DNA of 64,000 nucleotides, taken from NCBI GenBank assembly GCA_965203055.1, contig OZ241863.1:2336001-2400000 (forward strand), in the 5' to 3' direction. The position numbers were made by a program, and so were the translations under genes. Position 1 is the first letter of the stretch; every line of letters starts with the position of its first letter. The notes below the pieces were generated by a model. It was not told the origin of the DNA and did not search any database. It was given only the letters and a program-made list of their open reading frames with translations. Positions 51,311-62,893 of the stretch are shown here, one piece after another. Source of the stretch: Spirochaetia bacterium. GTDB taxonomy: Bacteria > Spirochaetota > Spirochaetia > SZUA-6 > Bin103.

Positions 51311-52882
51311 TTACTTCTCGGCCAGCCACGTGCGCACCGCCCGCGCCGCGTCCGCGGGCCGCTCGCGGGCCAGGCTGGCCGCGTTCCGCTGCATCTCCCT
51401 GGCCCGCAGGTTGTCGGCCTCACGTGCCCGGCCGTTGCGCGCGGCCGCCCGCAACCGCGCCGGGCGCAGGCCGGAGTGGTGCGCCGCGCGCGACCGCCGG
51501 CGCCGGCCCAGCCACCAGGAGAGGGCGGCCACCAGCAGCAGCGCCGCCGCGCCCGCGGCGGCCGGCGGCAGCAGGCGCAGCAACTCGGCCTCGCGCCGCA
51601 GCAGCGCGTCCTCCTGCCGGAACTGGCGCGTGCGGTCGAACTGCAGGTGCTCGACGGTAACCGAGTCGCCGCGCCGCTCGTCCCAGCCGACGGCGCCCTG
51701 GATGAGCAGCGCGGCCTTGCGCAGCTCCTCGGCCGAGACCGGCGTGTATTCCCGCCGCACGCTGCCATCCGCATTCACCACCACCCGGCCGTCCGGCTCG
51801 AAGACCGTCCGCCACACGCCGTCGAGCGCCACGCTCGCGGTGATCCGGTTGATCGCCCACGGGCTCTTCTCGGTGATCGTGCGGCGGTTGACCACTTCGT
51901 TGCGGGCCGCCGAGCCGCGCTCGCGGGCGGCCGGATCGGGCGCGGCTCCGGCCTCGGTAGGCTCCGGCGCCGCGCCGTAGAACGACTCCTGTTCGGTCTG
52001 GTCGGACACGGTGAACTCGGCGGACAGATCGAGATCGATGTCGAGGCGCACGATCTGCACGCGGTCGAGCGTAAAGATGTTGCCCAGCGCGGTCAGGATT
52101 TCGCGCTTGTAGCGCTGCTCCAGGTGATGCTTGGTATCGAGCTGGCGTTCCACCAACGTCATGCGGCCATGCCCGGCAGGGTCCGAGAAGTCGTTCACCT
52201 GCATTCCGCGCGGGTCGAGGATGACGATGTTCTCGGCGCGCAGGCCGGCCACGGCGAACTGCACCAGGCGCTGAACGCCGGCCACCTTCTTGCGATTCTC
52301 CAGGATGTCGGAGCCGGGCCGCGGCGTGATGATGATCGAGGCCGTGGTCGGGTTCTGATCTTCCGCGAACAGCTCGGTTTCGGGCACTACCAGGGTGACG
52401 CGCGCGGCCACGACGTCGTCCAGCGCGGCGATGTGCTGTTCCAGGTTGCGCGTCAGGGCGCGCTGCAGGTTGACGTTGCGCTCGAAGTCGGTAATCGAGA
52501 ACCGGTCCACGTCGAACACGGCGAACGGGTCGGTGCGCGGGGGAATCAGGTCTTCGCGGATCAGGATTGCGCGCAACCGCCGCGCACTGTCCTGATCAGC
52601 GACCAGGATGCGGTTGTCGGGGCCTATTTCGTAGTCCGCGCCTTCCTGGTCGAGGCGGGCGGCGATGCTCAGCAGCGCCTGCTGATCGGCGATCGGCGCC
52701 CCGATCAGGGCCACCGCATGCCGCTCGGCGGGATTCTGGCCCGCGCCGCGGGCGGCGCCCAACAGCGCCAGCACCACGAGCCCGGCGGCGGCGGCCACCA
52801 CCAGCGCTGCCTTCTGAAGCTGAGTCCAACGACCCCACCGGGCGGACGCCTGCTCCCACAGGCGCGCCGAGCGCTCGTTCAT
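51311..52882 (-). CDS. fliF: Flagellar MS-ring protein FliF
   Basis: N-terminal TM, LIREDLIP...DPFAVFDVDRFSITDFERNVNLQRAL, PTTASIIITPRPGSD, LIQGAVGWDERRGDSVTVE and a C-terminal TM ending ARAVRTWLAE. Confidence 0.92.
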   Translation of the reverse strand: MNERSARLWEQASARWGRWTQLQKAALVVAAAAGLVVLALLGAARGAGQNPAERHAVALIGAPIADQQALLSIAARLDQEGADYEIGPDNRILVADQDSARRLRAILIREDLIPPRTDPFAVFDVDRFSITDFERNVNLQRALTRNLEQHIAALDDVVAARVTLVVPETELFAEDQNPTTASIIITPRPGSDILENRKKVAGVQRLVQFAVAGLRAENIVILDPRGMQVNDFSDPAGHGRMTLVERQLDTKHHLEQRYKREILTALGNIFTLDRVQIVRLDIDLDLSAEFTVSDQTEQESFYGAAPEPTEAGAAPDPAARERGSAARNEVVNRRTITEKSPWAINRITASVALDGVWRTVFEPDGRVVVNADGSVRREYTPVSAEELRKAALLIQGAVGWDERRGDSVTVEHLQFDRTRQFRQEDALLRREAELLRLLPPAAAGAAALLLVAALSWWLGRRRRSRAAHHSGLRPARLRAAARNGRAREADNLRAREMQRNAASLARERPADAARAVRTWLAEK

Positions 52883-52961
52883 GTTCCCCTCCCACCGGTG
52901 CGAAGGCGCACCGGATCCGGAGGGCGGCCGGCTCACGTTGCGCCTGAGTCACGCGCTATCC

Positions 52962-52991
52962 GTTAACGCACGGATCGACCGTTCCTGTCAA
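52962..52991 (-). promoter_or_regulatory. sigma70-like promoter at the head of the flagellar operon (TTGACA -35, weak -10)
   Basis: A perfect TTGACA at 52991-52986, just after the hslU stop, with GTTAACG 18-19 nt downstream. Confidence 0.4.
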
Positions 52992-53009
52992 CCGCCCGGA
53001 GGTCCGGTT

Positions 53010-54427
<1,418 letters not shown>

Positions 54428-54431
<4 letters not shown>

Positions 54432-54970
54432 GACAGCTCCTCGACGACGATTTCGGAATTGGTGTAGACGCAGATGTCGGCGGCGATGCGCAGCGCCCGC
54501 ACCGCGACGTCGCGCGCGCTCAACGGCGAACTCTCCAGAAACGCCCGCGCCGCGGCCAGCGCGTAGTTGCCGCCCGAGCCGATGGCGATGGCCCCATGGT
54601 CCGGTTCCAGCACGTCGCCGTTGCCGGAAACGAGCAGGGTCTGACGCCGGTCCGCGGCCAGGAGCAGCGCTTCGAGCCGGCGCAGAATGCGGTCCGCGCG
54701 CCAATCGCGCGCCAGCTCCACGCAGGCGCGGGTAAGATCGCCGCCAAACTCCTTCACCTTGCCTTCGAAGCGGTCGAACAGCGTGAAGGCATCCGCGGTA
54801 CCGCCGGCGAAGCCTACCAGGATCGAGCCGTCGGCAACGGTGCGCACCTTGCGCGCGCTGCCCTTCATGATGGTGGCCTCTACGGTCACCTGGCCGTCGC
54901 CGGCCATGGCCACCGCGGCGCCGCGGCGAACGGCTACGATGGTAGTCCCGTGCATGGTGGTGCTCCTCAT
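54428..54970 (-). CDS. hslV: ATP-dependent protease subunit HslV
   Basis: HGTTIVAV (N-terminal Thr nucleophile), [22 protein letters not shown] and ICVYTN. Confidence 0.97.
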
Positions 54971-55977
54971 GGCTGATTCCCCTCCGGCGCCGGCGGCTCG
55001 GGCCGCGGCGGCGGCGCGCCGGAGCGCGGATGAGCCGCGCGATGCACCTGCTGCAGGCGCGCCAGACTGGTATGGGTATACACCTGCGTGGTGGCGATGC
55101 TGGAATGCCCGAGCAGTTCCTGCACCACCCTGACGTTGGCGCCGCCGTCCAGCAGATGGGTGGCAAAGGAGTGCCGCAGGCTGTGGGGGGTCACCCGCTT
55201 GTCGATTCCGGCCGCGGCCGCCGCCGCGGTCACGATGGTACGCGCGCTGCGGTCGCCGAGCCGGCCGCCGCGGCGGTTGTGGAACAGCGCGTAGACCGCC
55301 ACCCGCGCGCTGTCGGCGAGCGTTGCGCCCCACTGCCGGAGCTGCGCCGCCCGCCGCGGGAGGAACTCCTGCAGCAGCGCGCGGCATTCGCTGCCGAAGA
55401 ACACTACCCGCTCCTTGCTGCCCTTGCCCATGACCCGCGCCCGGCCGCGCGCCGGCTCCACGTCGCCCACGTCGAGGCCCACCGCCTCCGAGACGCGGCA
55501 CCCGCTGCCGTACAGGAACTCCAGCAGCAGCCGGTCGCGCAGCGCCCAGAAATCGACGCCGGCCGCGCCGGCCGCGGCCGGGCCGGCGTCGGCCAGGAGT
55601 TGCTCCGCCTCGGCCGCGAACAGAAAGCTCGGCAACCGCTTCCCGCTCTTCAGACTGCGCTGCGCCTGCGCCGGGTTGCCCTCCGGCAGCGGCGCGGCGG
55701 CAGCCAGGTAGCGATAGTAGGCGCGCACCGCGGACAGCGCGCGGTTGACGCTGGCGGCGCTGCGCCCGGCGCGGGTCAGCTCGCCGACGAAGGCGCGCAC
55801 CTGGCGCGGCGCGGCCTGCTCCGGCGCCACCCCGGCCCGGCTCAGGTACGCCAGGTAGCGGTAGAGGTCGCCGCGGTAGGCGCGCACCGTCTGCGGCGAG
55901 TAGCCGCGCACCGCCTGCAGGTAGCGCAGCCAGGCATCGGCCTGGGGCTCCGGGCGCGCCTCGGTCACGGCCATCAC
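54967..55977 (-). CDS. xerC: Tyrosine recombinase XerC-like
   Basis: [44 protein letters not shown] and [15 protein letters not shown]. Confidence 0.88.
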   Translation of the reverse strand: MMAVTEARPEPQADAWLRYLQAVRGYSPQTVRAYRGDLYRYLAYLSRAGVAPEQAAPRQVRAFVGELTRAGRSAASVNRALSAVRAYYRYLAAAAPLPEGNPAQAQRSLKSGKRLPSFLFAAEAEQLLADAGPAAAGAAGVDFWALRDRLLLEFLYGSGCRVSEAVGLDVGDVEPARGRARVMGKGSKERVVFFGSECRALLQEFLPRRAAQLRQWGATLADSARVAVYALFHNRRGGRLGDRSARTIVTAAAAAAGIDKRVTPHSLRHSFATHLLDGGANVRVVQELLGHSSIATTQVYTHTSLARLQQVHRAAHPRSGAPPPRPEPPAPEGNQP

Positions 55978-57068
55978 CCGGCCCCGCCGGGGGCGCGGCG
56001 TGCCGCGGCCGGCTCACGCACCAACGCCACGGAGCCGTGATTCACCGCCACCCGGCGCGCCTGCTCCAGGGCGAACACCTGCGCCAGCCAAGCGCCCGCG
56101 GCGCGGTGGCGCGGCGGCGGGGCCGCGGCGCACGGCGCCGGCGCCTCCCCGGGCGTGTGTGCCAAGCCGATTTCATGCAGCAACTCCGCGGCCCCGGCGA
56201 CCGGCTGCGCGCCGCTCTCGGCCAGCCGCGCGCAGCCGGCGCCGCGCGGGCCGTGCAGCGCCGCCGCGGCGACCACTACCTCACGCCCCTCGTCGACCGC
56301 GCACCGCGCCGTGATCGAGGCGCCCGATCTGGCCGGCGCCTCCACTACCAGCACGCCGCGGCTGAGGCCGGCGATGATGCGGTTGCGCTGCGGGAAGTGG
56401 TGCGGGAACGGCGCGGCGCCGGGCGGGAACTCGCTCACCAGCCACCCACTGCGCAACACCTCCCGGGCCAGCGGAACGCTGCTGCCGGGATAGATGCGAT
56501 CGATGCCGCAGCCGAGCACGGCCACGGTCGCGCAGCCGGGCGCGCGCCAACCGGCAAGACTGCCGCGGTGCGCCGCCAAGTCGATGCCCCGCGCGAGCCC
56601 CGACACCACCGGGATCCCCTGCTGCGCCAGTTCGAAGCCAAAGTTGAATGCGGCACCTCGCCCCTCCCCCGTCGGTTGCCGCGTGCCCACCACCGCGACG
56701 GGCGCCGCCGCCGGCGGCAGCGGGCGCGCGCCGCGCCAGAACAGCACGCCGGGCGGATCGTGAATCTCCTTGAGGAGACGCGGATAGTCCGGCTGCCATA
56801 GAAAGGTGCATCCCAGGCGGCCGGCGGTCAAGTGAGACTGGTCGCCCCGGGCCTGCTCCAGCCATGCCGCGGGCGGCCGCAGCCGCCCGCGCTGCCCCAG
56901 CCGGCGCCCCACCAGCAGCGCGAGCTGCGCGGTGGAGTAACCCGCGAATTCCGCCAATCGGCAGCGCTCCAGGATCTGGCAGCGCTCCTTCGGCTTCAGA
57001 AACGACATGCGCGCCAGCCCCAGGGCGAGCAACTGGCGCGCATCGACATTCGGCTCCTCCCACGTCAC
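55974..57068 (-). CDS. dprA: DNA-processing protein DprA (Smf)
   Basis: [42 protein letters not shown] and VVEA..RSGA.ITA. Confidence 0.93.
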   Translation of the reverse strand: MTWEEPNVDARQLLALGLARMSFLKPKERCQILERCRLAEFAGYSTAQLALLVGRRLGQRGRLRPPAAWLEQARGDQSHLTAGRLGCTFLWQPDYPRLLKEIHDPPGVLFWRGARPLPPAAAPVAVVGTRQPTGEGRGAAFNFGFELAQQGIPVVSGLARGIDLAAHRGSLAGWRAPGCATVAVLGCGIDRIYPGSSVPLAREVLRSGWLVSEFPPGAAPFPHHFPQRNRIIAGLSRGVLVVEAPARSGASITARCAVDEGREVVVAAAALHGPRGAGCARLAESGAQPVAGAAELLHEIGLAHTPGEAPAPCAAAPPPRHRAAGAWLAQVFALEQARRVAVNHGSVALVREPAAARRAPGGAG

Positions 57069-57101
57069 GGGTACCTTAACGGCGCGGCGCCCGGCGCGCT
57101 T

Positions 57102-58043
57102 TCATCCACGCGGATGGTAGCGGCGATGCTGCTGCCTCAGATCCTCCCGCTCGACGTGCGTGTAGATCTGGGTGGTGGTGATGTCGGAATGGCCGAGCAG
57201 TTCCTGCACCGAACGCAGGTCGGCGCCGCCGGACAGGAGATGAGTGGCGAAGGAGTGGCGCAGCGTGTGCACCTTGGCCTGCAGCCCGGCGGCCACGCTG
57301 ATGGCGTGGAACCGCTTCCAGATGCCCTTGCGCGACAGCCGCCCGCCGCGCTGATTGAGAAACACCGCGTCGGCGGCCGGGCGCCCGGTCGCGGCGCGCC
57401 GCCGCAGCCGCGGCCGCGCCTCGTCGAGGTAGCGCCGCAGCCACGCGACGGCCGGTTCGCCCAGCGGCACGATGCGTTCCCGCGCGCCCTTGCCCAGCAG
57501 GCGCACGCAGGCCTGCTCCAGGTAGAGGCGGGAACGGTCCAGCGCCACCGCTTCGCTGACCCGCAGCCCGCTGGAGTAGATCAGCTCGAACAGCGCCCGG
57601 TCGCGGATCCCGGCCGGCGCGGCGACGTCGATGGCGGCCAGAAACCGCTCCACCTCGGCCACCGAGAGCACCCGCGGGATGCGCCGCGCCGCCCGCGGCG
57701 GCGCTACCTCCGCGGCCGGGTTGGCCTGCTCCGGCGCGGCGCCGCGGGCGCCGCCGGCCGGCGGCGCCTCCGCCTCCACGAACCGGTACCAGGCGCGCAG
57801 GGCGCTGATCGCCTTCGCCAGGGTGGGGCTGCCGGCCCCCTCGGCCTGCCGCTCCATCAGGTAGCCTACCACCGCGCCGGGGGCGCCCGGGCGCTCCGGC
57901 GCGCGCCCGGAGGAGCGGTCATGCGCCAGAAACCGGAGAAACCGGCGCGCTTCCGCGGCGTAGGTATCGATGGTCAGCTCCGACAGCCCCTCCGCCGACC
58001 GCAGGAAGTCCGCGAACTGGAGCGTGAGCTGCTCAGCCTGCAA
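57102..58043 (-). CDS. xerD: Tyrosine recombinase XerD-like
   Basis: [28 protein letters not shown] and [38 protein letters not shown]. Confidence 0.88.
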   Translation of the reverse strand: MQAEQLTLQFADFLRSAEGLSELTIDTYAAEARRFLRFLAHDRSSGRAPERPGAPGAVVGYLMERQAEGAGSPTLAKAISALRAWYRFVEAEAPPAGGARGAAPEQANPAAEVAPPRAARRIPRVLSVAEVERFLAAIDVAAPAGIRDRALFELIYSSGLRVSEAVALDRSRLYLEQACVRLLGKGARERIVPLGEPAVAWLRRYLDEARPRLRRRAATGRPAADAVFLNQRGGRLSRKGIWKRFHAISVAAGLQAKVHTLRHSFATHLLSGGADLRSVQELLGHSDITTTQIYTHVEREDLRQQHRRYHPRG

Positions 58044-58049
58044 GCGTCA

Positions 58050-59222
58050 TCAGGAGGTGGCCGCCCGCCCGGAGCCGTCGCTCTGCTGGCGCCGGCGCAG
58101 CACGGTGGGCACGCTCAGATCCCCCATCTCGACCGCGGTCTCGCCGCTCTTCAGCAGGCTGGGACTCTTGCCAATCCCGCCATTGTTGAGCTTCACCCAC
58201 TCCTCGTAGGAGATGATCTGGTCGCCCTGATTCGTCTGCGTGCCGGTCCCGGCCGCCGGTTCCCGGTTGAACCCGGTGGCAATCACGGTGACCCGGACCT
58301 CGTCGTCGAGGGCGCGGTTGGTAGTGGTGCCGGAGATCACCAGGGCGTCGTGGGAGGCGCTGGCGGTAATGATGTTGAGCACTTCCTCATACTCGGTCAG
58401 GCCCAGCTCGTCGTTGCCGGTAACGTTGACCAGAATGCCCTGGGCGCCTTCGATGCGCGCCTCCTCCAGCAGCGGATTGTTGATGGCGTTGGTGGCGGCG
58501 TCGACGGCGCGGTTGTCGCCGGAGCCGACGCCGATCCCCATCAGCGCGTCGCCCTGCCCCTGCATGATGGTGCGCACGTCGGCGAAGTCGATGTTGATGT
58601 CGCCCGGCACGGTGATCAGGTCGGAAATACCCTGCACTCCCTGCCGCAATACGTCGTCGGCCAGCACGAACGCCTCCTTGATCGGCGTGCGGCGCTCCAC
58701 GATCTTCAGCAGATGCTGATTGGGAATGACGATCAGGGTATCGACCTCCTTGCGCAGGTTGTCGATCCCGGCTTCCGCCAGGCTCATCTTGCGGCGGCCT
58801 TCGAACTCGAACGGCTTGGTTACCACCGCCACGGTCAGGATGCCGTGCTCGCGCGCCGTGCGGGCAATCACCGGCGCCGCTCCGGTGCCGGTGCCGCCGC
58901 CCAGTCCGGCGGTGATGAACACCATGTCGGCGCCCTGCAGCGCCGCTTCCAGGGAGCCCTGGTCTTCCTCCGCCGCCTTCTGCCCCACCTCGGGCACGCC
59001 GCCGGCGCCCAGTCCCGCGGTCAGCTTGCTGCCGATCGGGATCTTGGTCTCGGCCTGGCACAGCTCCAACGCCTGCAGGTCGGTGTTGACCGCAATGAAG
59101 TGCACGTTGGACAGGCCCGACGTGATCATTCTGTTGGTGGCGTTATTGCCACCGCCTCCCACTCCGATCACCTTGATGTCGGTAAGGCTGGAAGGTATTT
59201 CTTCGTGTATTTCGAAGGTCAT
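58050..59222 (-). CDS. ftsZ: Cell division protein FtsZ
   Basis: [31 protein letters not shown] and the C-terminal peptide [11 protein letters not shown]. Confidence 0.98.
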   Translation of the reverse strand: MTFEIHEEIPSSLTDIKVIGVGGGGNNATNRMITSGLSNVHFIAVNTDLQALELCQAETKIPIGSKLTAGLGAGGVPEVGQKAAEEDQGSLEAALQGADMVFITAGLGGGTGTGAAPVIARTAREHGILTVAVVTKPFEFEGRRKMSLAEAGIDNLRKEVDTLIVIPNQHLLKIVERRTPIKEAFVLADDVLRQGVQGISDLITVPGDINIDFADVRTIMQGQGDALMGIGVGSGDNRAVDAATNAINNPLLEEARIEGAQGILVNVTGNDELGLTEYEEVLNIITASASHDALVISGTTTNRALDDEVRVTVIATGFNREPAAGTGTQTNQGDQIISYEEWVKLNNGGIGKSPSLLKSGETAVEMGDLSVPTVLRRRQQSDGSGRAATS

Positions 59223-59286
59223 GGTTCGCCTCTCATACGTTTCATCTAGCGATGCAGCCGCACGCCCTGCGCCCCGGCCGGCGCCC

Positions 59287-59358
59287 GGCTGCCCTCAGCC
59301 TGTTGGCTGCCCTCAGCCTGTTGGCTGCCCTAAGCCTGTTGGCTGTCCTCAGCCTGCT
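59287..59358. repeat. Four tandem 18-bp units (consensus GGCTGCCCTCAGCCTGTT) in the ftsA-ftsZ intergenic region
   Basis: Units start at 59287, 59305, 59323 and 59341 with 0-2 mismatches each. Each unit contains the palindrome GGCTG-N4-CAGCC (imperfect in unit 3). Confidence 0.92.
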
Positions 59359-59368
59359 ACCCGGTGTG

Positions 59369-60607
59369 TCAAAAGAACTCGCCAAACCACTTCCGCATCC
59401 GGACCCACACGCTGGTGAAGCCCCCCTCACTGGCGTTCATGTTGAGTTGCTCCACCCCCTGCCGCGAGGCGCCGTACTGCACCAGACCCACGCCGGTAGC
59501 GAAGATCGGGCTGTGGTACTCCGGCTCCAGTCCGCCGATGCGGGCGGGGTAGCCGATCCGGGCCGGCAGTTCGAACACCTCGCTGGCCAACTCCGCGGTG
59601 CCCGGCATCAGCGCGCCGCCGCCGGTCAGCACCACGCCGCCGCTCAGGCGGTCCAGGTACCCCGCGGCCTCGATCTGCGCCTTTACGCTGCTGAGCATCT
59701 CCGACATGCGGGGCTGGACGATCTCGGCCAGATCGCGGCGGGTAACGATGTACGGGGGGCGGCCGCCTACCCCGGAGATGATGGTCTCGGCGTCCGGATC
59801 ATCCAGCGCCGGCAGATAGCAGCAGGCGGCGTCGCGCTTGATCTGCTCCGCGGCCTCGGTCGGCGTGCGCAACATGATCGAGAGATCGCTGGTCACGTGG
59901 TCGCCGCCGAGCGCCAGCACCTCGGTGTGATGGGGCACTCCCTCGTGGTAGACCAGCACGTCGGTGGTGCCGCCGCCGAGATCCACCAGCAGTACGCCCA
60001 ACTCCTTCTCGTCGTCGGTCAGCACCGAGCGCGCCGCGGCGATCGGCTCCAGCACGATGTCGTTGACCTTGAAACCGGAGCGATTGACGCAGCGGATGAT
60101 GTTCTGGGCGGACGACACGGCGCCGGTGACGATGTGCACCTCGGCCTCCAGGCGGACGCCGATCATCCCCTGCGGGCTGCGGATCCCCCCCTGGCCGTCG
60201 ACGATGTATTCCTGCGGAATGACGTGCAGTACCTCGCGGTCCATCGGAATGACGATGGCGCGGGCGGCATCGATGACGCGATCGATGTCGTCCTTCTCTA
60301 TCTCCCGCTTCTTGCCGGTAACGGCGACGACGCCGCGCGAGTTGACCCCCTCGATGTGGCCGCCGGCGATGCCGGCGTACACGTTCTGCACCTCGCGCCC
60401 GGCCATCACCTCCGCCTCGTCCATCGCCGAGGCGATCGCCTTGACCGTGGCGTCGACGTTGATCACCACGCCGCGCCGCAAGCCGCGCGACGGGGTAAGG
60501 CCGACGCCGGTGATCTCCACGCTGCCCTGCGCCCCGACTTGACCGATGATCACGCACACCTTGGTGGTTCCGATGTCGAGCCCTACGATCATGTCTTCAT
60601 TCGCCAT
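59369..60607 (-). CDS. ftsA: Cell division protein FtsA
   Basis: IVGLDIGTTKV, VDLGGGTTD, VVLTGGGA and a C-terminal amphipathic helix VWVRMRKWFGEFF. Confidence 0.97.
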   Translation of the reverse strand: MANEDMIVGLDIGTTKVCVIIGQVGAQGSVEITGVGLTPSRGLRRGVVINVDATVKAIASAMDEAEVMAGREVQNVYAGIAGGHIEGVNSRGVVAVTGKKREIEKDDIDRVIDAARAIVIPMDREVLHVIPQEYIVDGQGGIRSPQGMIGVRLEAEVHIVTGAVSSAQNIIRCVNRSGFKVNDIVLEPIAAARSVLTDDEKELGVLLVDLGGGTTDVLVYHEGVPHHTEVLALGGDHVTSDLSIMLRTPTEAAEQIKRDAACCYLPALDDPDAETIISGVGGRPPYIVTRRDLAEIVQPRMSEMLSSVKAQIEAAGYLDRLSGGVVLTGGGALMPGTAELASEVFELPARIGYPARIGGLEPEYHSPIFATGVGLVQYGASRQGVEQLNMNASEGGFTSVWVRMRKWFGEFF

Positions 60608-61523
60608 GAGCAGCTCCCGGTGGTCCGGTAATCGCAACCGGCGCGCGGCTGCGCAGATCCAGCTCGCCGACGGCGGGCGGCGCCCGCGGCGCGGCGCCTG
60701 CCCGCAGCAGGTCCAGCAGCACGAACGCCTCCGCCAGTTGCTCCGCGCTCAGGCGTTGCCCGAAGCGCAGCACCGTCTCGAACCCCAGCGGATAGAGCAG
60801 CGTGTCGAAGCCGGCCTGCAATCCCTCCGGCGACAGCGGTTCGGCCGCGGCCGATGCCCCGATCGGCACCAGCCGTACCTCGGAGACCAGCGCCGCGAGC
60901 ACCGGGTCGGCGGCCTGCAGCGCCTGCAGCTCCGCCAGCACCCGGCGCACCGCGCCCGGCAGGCGGCGGCCCGGCCGCACCACTTCCGGCGCGAGGCCGG
61001 TGAGCACCGGCACGTCCGCCGCGGCCGCGCTTCCCAACGGCGCGGCGCCGTCCAGGAACACCAGACCGCCGGCGTCCACCAGCGCGGCGCTCACGCTGCC
61101 GCCCGGCAGCGAGGTCAGGGCCACCGCCGCCGGCTGGCGGGCGGTAAGGGTAATCCGCAGGGTGTCGGGGAAGTTCGGGGCCACGCTGGCGGCGCTCACC
61201 AGCGGGTGCCCCTCCAGCCGCGCGGCAATCGCCGCCGCGTCGATGGAGAAGAACTGCTCGTTGCCGGTCAGGCCGGCCAGCGCCAGCACCTCGGCGTCGC
61301 TGAGCGCCAGGTCGGTGGTCACGGCTACCGTGGCCAGGCGCATGCGCGGCATCAGCAGTAGCAGGAACACCAGTTCCAGCACCACCATCAACAGCAGGGT
61401 GGCGATCATCAGGTGCAGTACCCGGCGCAGCCGGCCGCGGCGCTTGCGCCCCGGCGCGCTCGGCGCGTCCTCCCGTACCCGGCCGCCTCCGGGCAGCACG
61501 GCTTGACCGGCGAGGCTGCTCAC
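60597..61523 (-). CDS. ftsQ: Cell division protein FtsQ/DivIB (POTRA domain)
   Basis: A single TM helix, then EVLALAGL...FFSID...RLEGHPLV..ASV..NFPDTLRITL..RQP. Lies between ftsW and ftsA; the GTG overlaps the ftsW stop. Confidence 0.85.
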   Translation of the reverse strand: MSSLAGQAVLPGGGRVREDAPSAPGRKRRGRLRRVLHLMIATLLLMVVLELVFLLLLMPRMRLATVAVTTDLALSDAEVLALAGLTGNEQFFSIDAAAIAARLEGHPLVSAASVAPNFPDTLRITLTARQPAAVALTSLPGGSVSAALVDAGGLVFLDGAAPLGSAAAADVPVLTGLAPEVVRPGRRLPGAVRRVLAELQALQAADPVLAALVSEVRLVPIGASAAAEPLSPEGLQAGFDTLLYPLGFETVLRFGQRLSAEQLAEAFVLLDLLRAGAAPRAPPAVGELDLRSRAPVAITGPPGAAHGE

Positions 61524-62872
61524 AGGCGCCGGTCTCCACCGGCGGGCGCCGGCCGCGGCGCCCCGTCCGGCGCCGTAGCGGCCGGTCTCCGCCGCGACAG
61601 CCCGAGCAGCAGCCCGCACATGGCGAAGGTGGTCAACAGCGCCGAGCCGCCCGACGAGAAGAAGGGCAGCGGCAAGCCCGTTGCCGGCACCAGGCTGGAG
61701 ACCACCGCCAGGTTGAGGAACGCCTGACCGACGATGCTGGTGGTCAGGCCGAAGGCCAGAAACCGCGCGAAGCGGTCCGGATGATGGCGCACGATCAGGT
61801 AGCCGCGCCATGCCAGGATGGCGAACAGTCCCAGGATCATGACGACGCCCACCAGCCCCAGCTCCTCGCCGGCGACGGCGAAGATGAAGTCGGAGTGCGC
61901 TTCCGGCAGGGGCCCCAGCTTCATGCGGCCGCGCCCGATGCCGGTGCCCCAGATGCCGCCGCGCGCCAGCGCGTCGCGCGCCGCGAGCACCTGATAGCCG
62001 CTGCCGGCCGGGTCGGAGGTAGGCTCCAGGAACGCGATCAGGCGCAGTACGCGGTGTTCCTTGGAGAGCACCGCCATCAACGCCAGCGGCGTACCGACCA
62101 CGGTCAAGGCGGCGAACAGCCCCAGCCGCACCCCGGCCAGCCACAGCATCGCCATCGCCAGGAACACCAGATAGATCGGCGTCGAGAAGTCGTTCTGGAG
62201 GTACACCAGCGACGCGAACAGCGCCACGATGAGCATCGGCGGCAGGATGATGCGCAGGGTCTGGCCGTAGGGTCCGCGCAGCGGCGCGCTGCCGGGCCGC
62301 TGGTCGCCCTTGCGGTCCAGGATGTGAGCCAGGTACAGCACCAGCGCCAGCTTGACCAGCTCCGACGGCTCGAACGACATGCCGGCCACCACGATCCAGC
62401 GCTGCGCGCCCAGCGCCCGGAGTCCGACGCCCGGCACGAACGTCAGGATCACCAGCGGCAGGCTCACCGCCAGCAGCAGCGGTATCGCCTGGCGCACGCG
62501 CTGCAGCCTGACGGCGGCCGCGACCGCGGCGGTAACCATCCCCAGGGCGACCCACAACACCTGGCGGCGGAAGAAGCGCAGCGGATCGTCGAACACCCGG
62601 TCGCCGTAGAAGTAGGAAGCCGACAGCAACACCGCCAGACCGCTGCCGGTAAGGATGATCAGCGTCGCGATCAGCACCGTGTCGGCCGGCAGCGCGGCGC
62701 CGCCCGGCACGGCGTTGCCCAGGCCGAAGCGGGCCGCGGCCGCGCCCAGCAGGCGGCGCGCCGGGGCCGGCCCGCCGCTCAGCCGGGCGGGCTGCGCGGG
62801 CGGCACCGCGGTCAACCGCAACATCGGGCGCGCCCGGCTGCCGCCGACCTGCGCCTGCCACTGCTCAGCCAT
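61520..62872 (-). CDS. ftsW: SEDS peptidoglycan glycosyltransferase FtsW
   Basis: GAQRWI, FEPSELVKL, SGYQV, LPEAHSDFIFAVAGEELG and PATGLPLPFFSSGGS. Confidence 0.94.
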   Translation of the reverse strand: MAEQWQAQVGGSRARPMLRLTAVPPAQPARLSGGPAPARRLLGAAAARFGLGNAVPGGAALPADTVLIATLIILTGSGLAVLLSASYFYGDRVFDDPLRFFRRQVLWVALGMVTAAVAAAVRLQRVRQAIPLLLAVSLPLVILTFVPGVGLRALGAQRWIVVAGMSFEPSELVKLALVLYLAHILDRKGDQRPGSAPLRGPYGQTLRIILPPMLIVALFASLVYLQNDFSTPIYLVFLAMAMLWLAGVRLGLFAALTVVGTPLALMAVLSKEHRVLRLIAFLEPTSDPAGSGYQVLAARDALARGGIWGTGIGRGRMKLGPLPEAHSDFIFAVAGEELGLVGVVMILGLFAILAWRGYLIVRHHPDRFARFLAFGLTTSIVGQAFLNLAVVSSLVPATGLPLPFFSSGGSALLTTFAMCGLLLGLSRRRPAATAPDGAPRPAPAGGDRRL

Positions 62873-62893
62873 CAGCCGCTGCCTCCACTTGCC

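Noticed and set aside
54967..58043. Two tyrosine recombinases as evidence of an integrated mobile element
   Set aside because: Their context (ftsZ, dprA, hslVU) and motifs fit housekeeping XerC and XerD. No att sites or cargo genes were seen.
59287..59358. CRISPR array
   Set aside because: The 18-bp units are contiguous, with no unique spacers and no cas genes.
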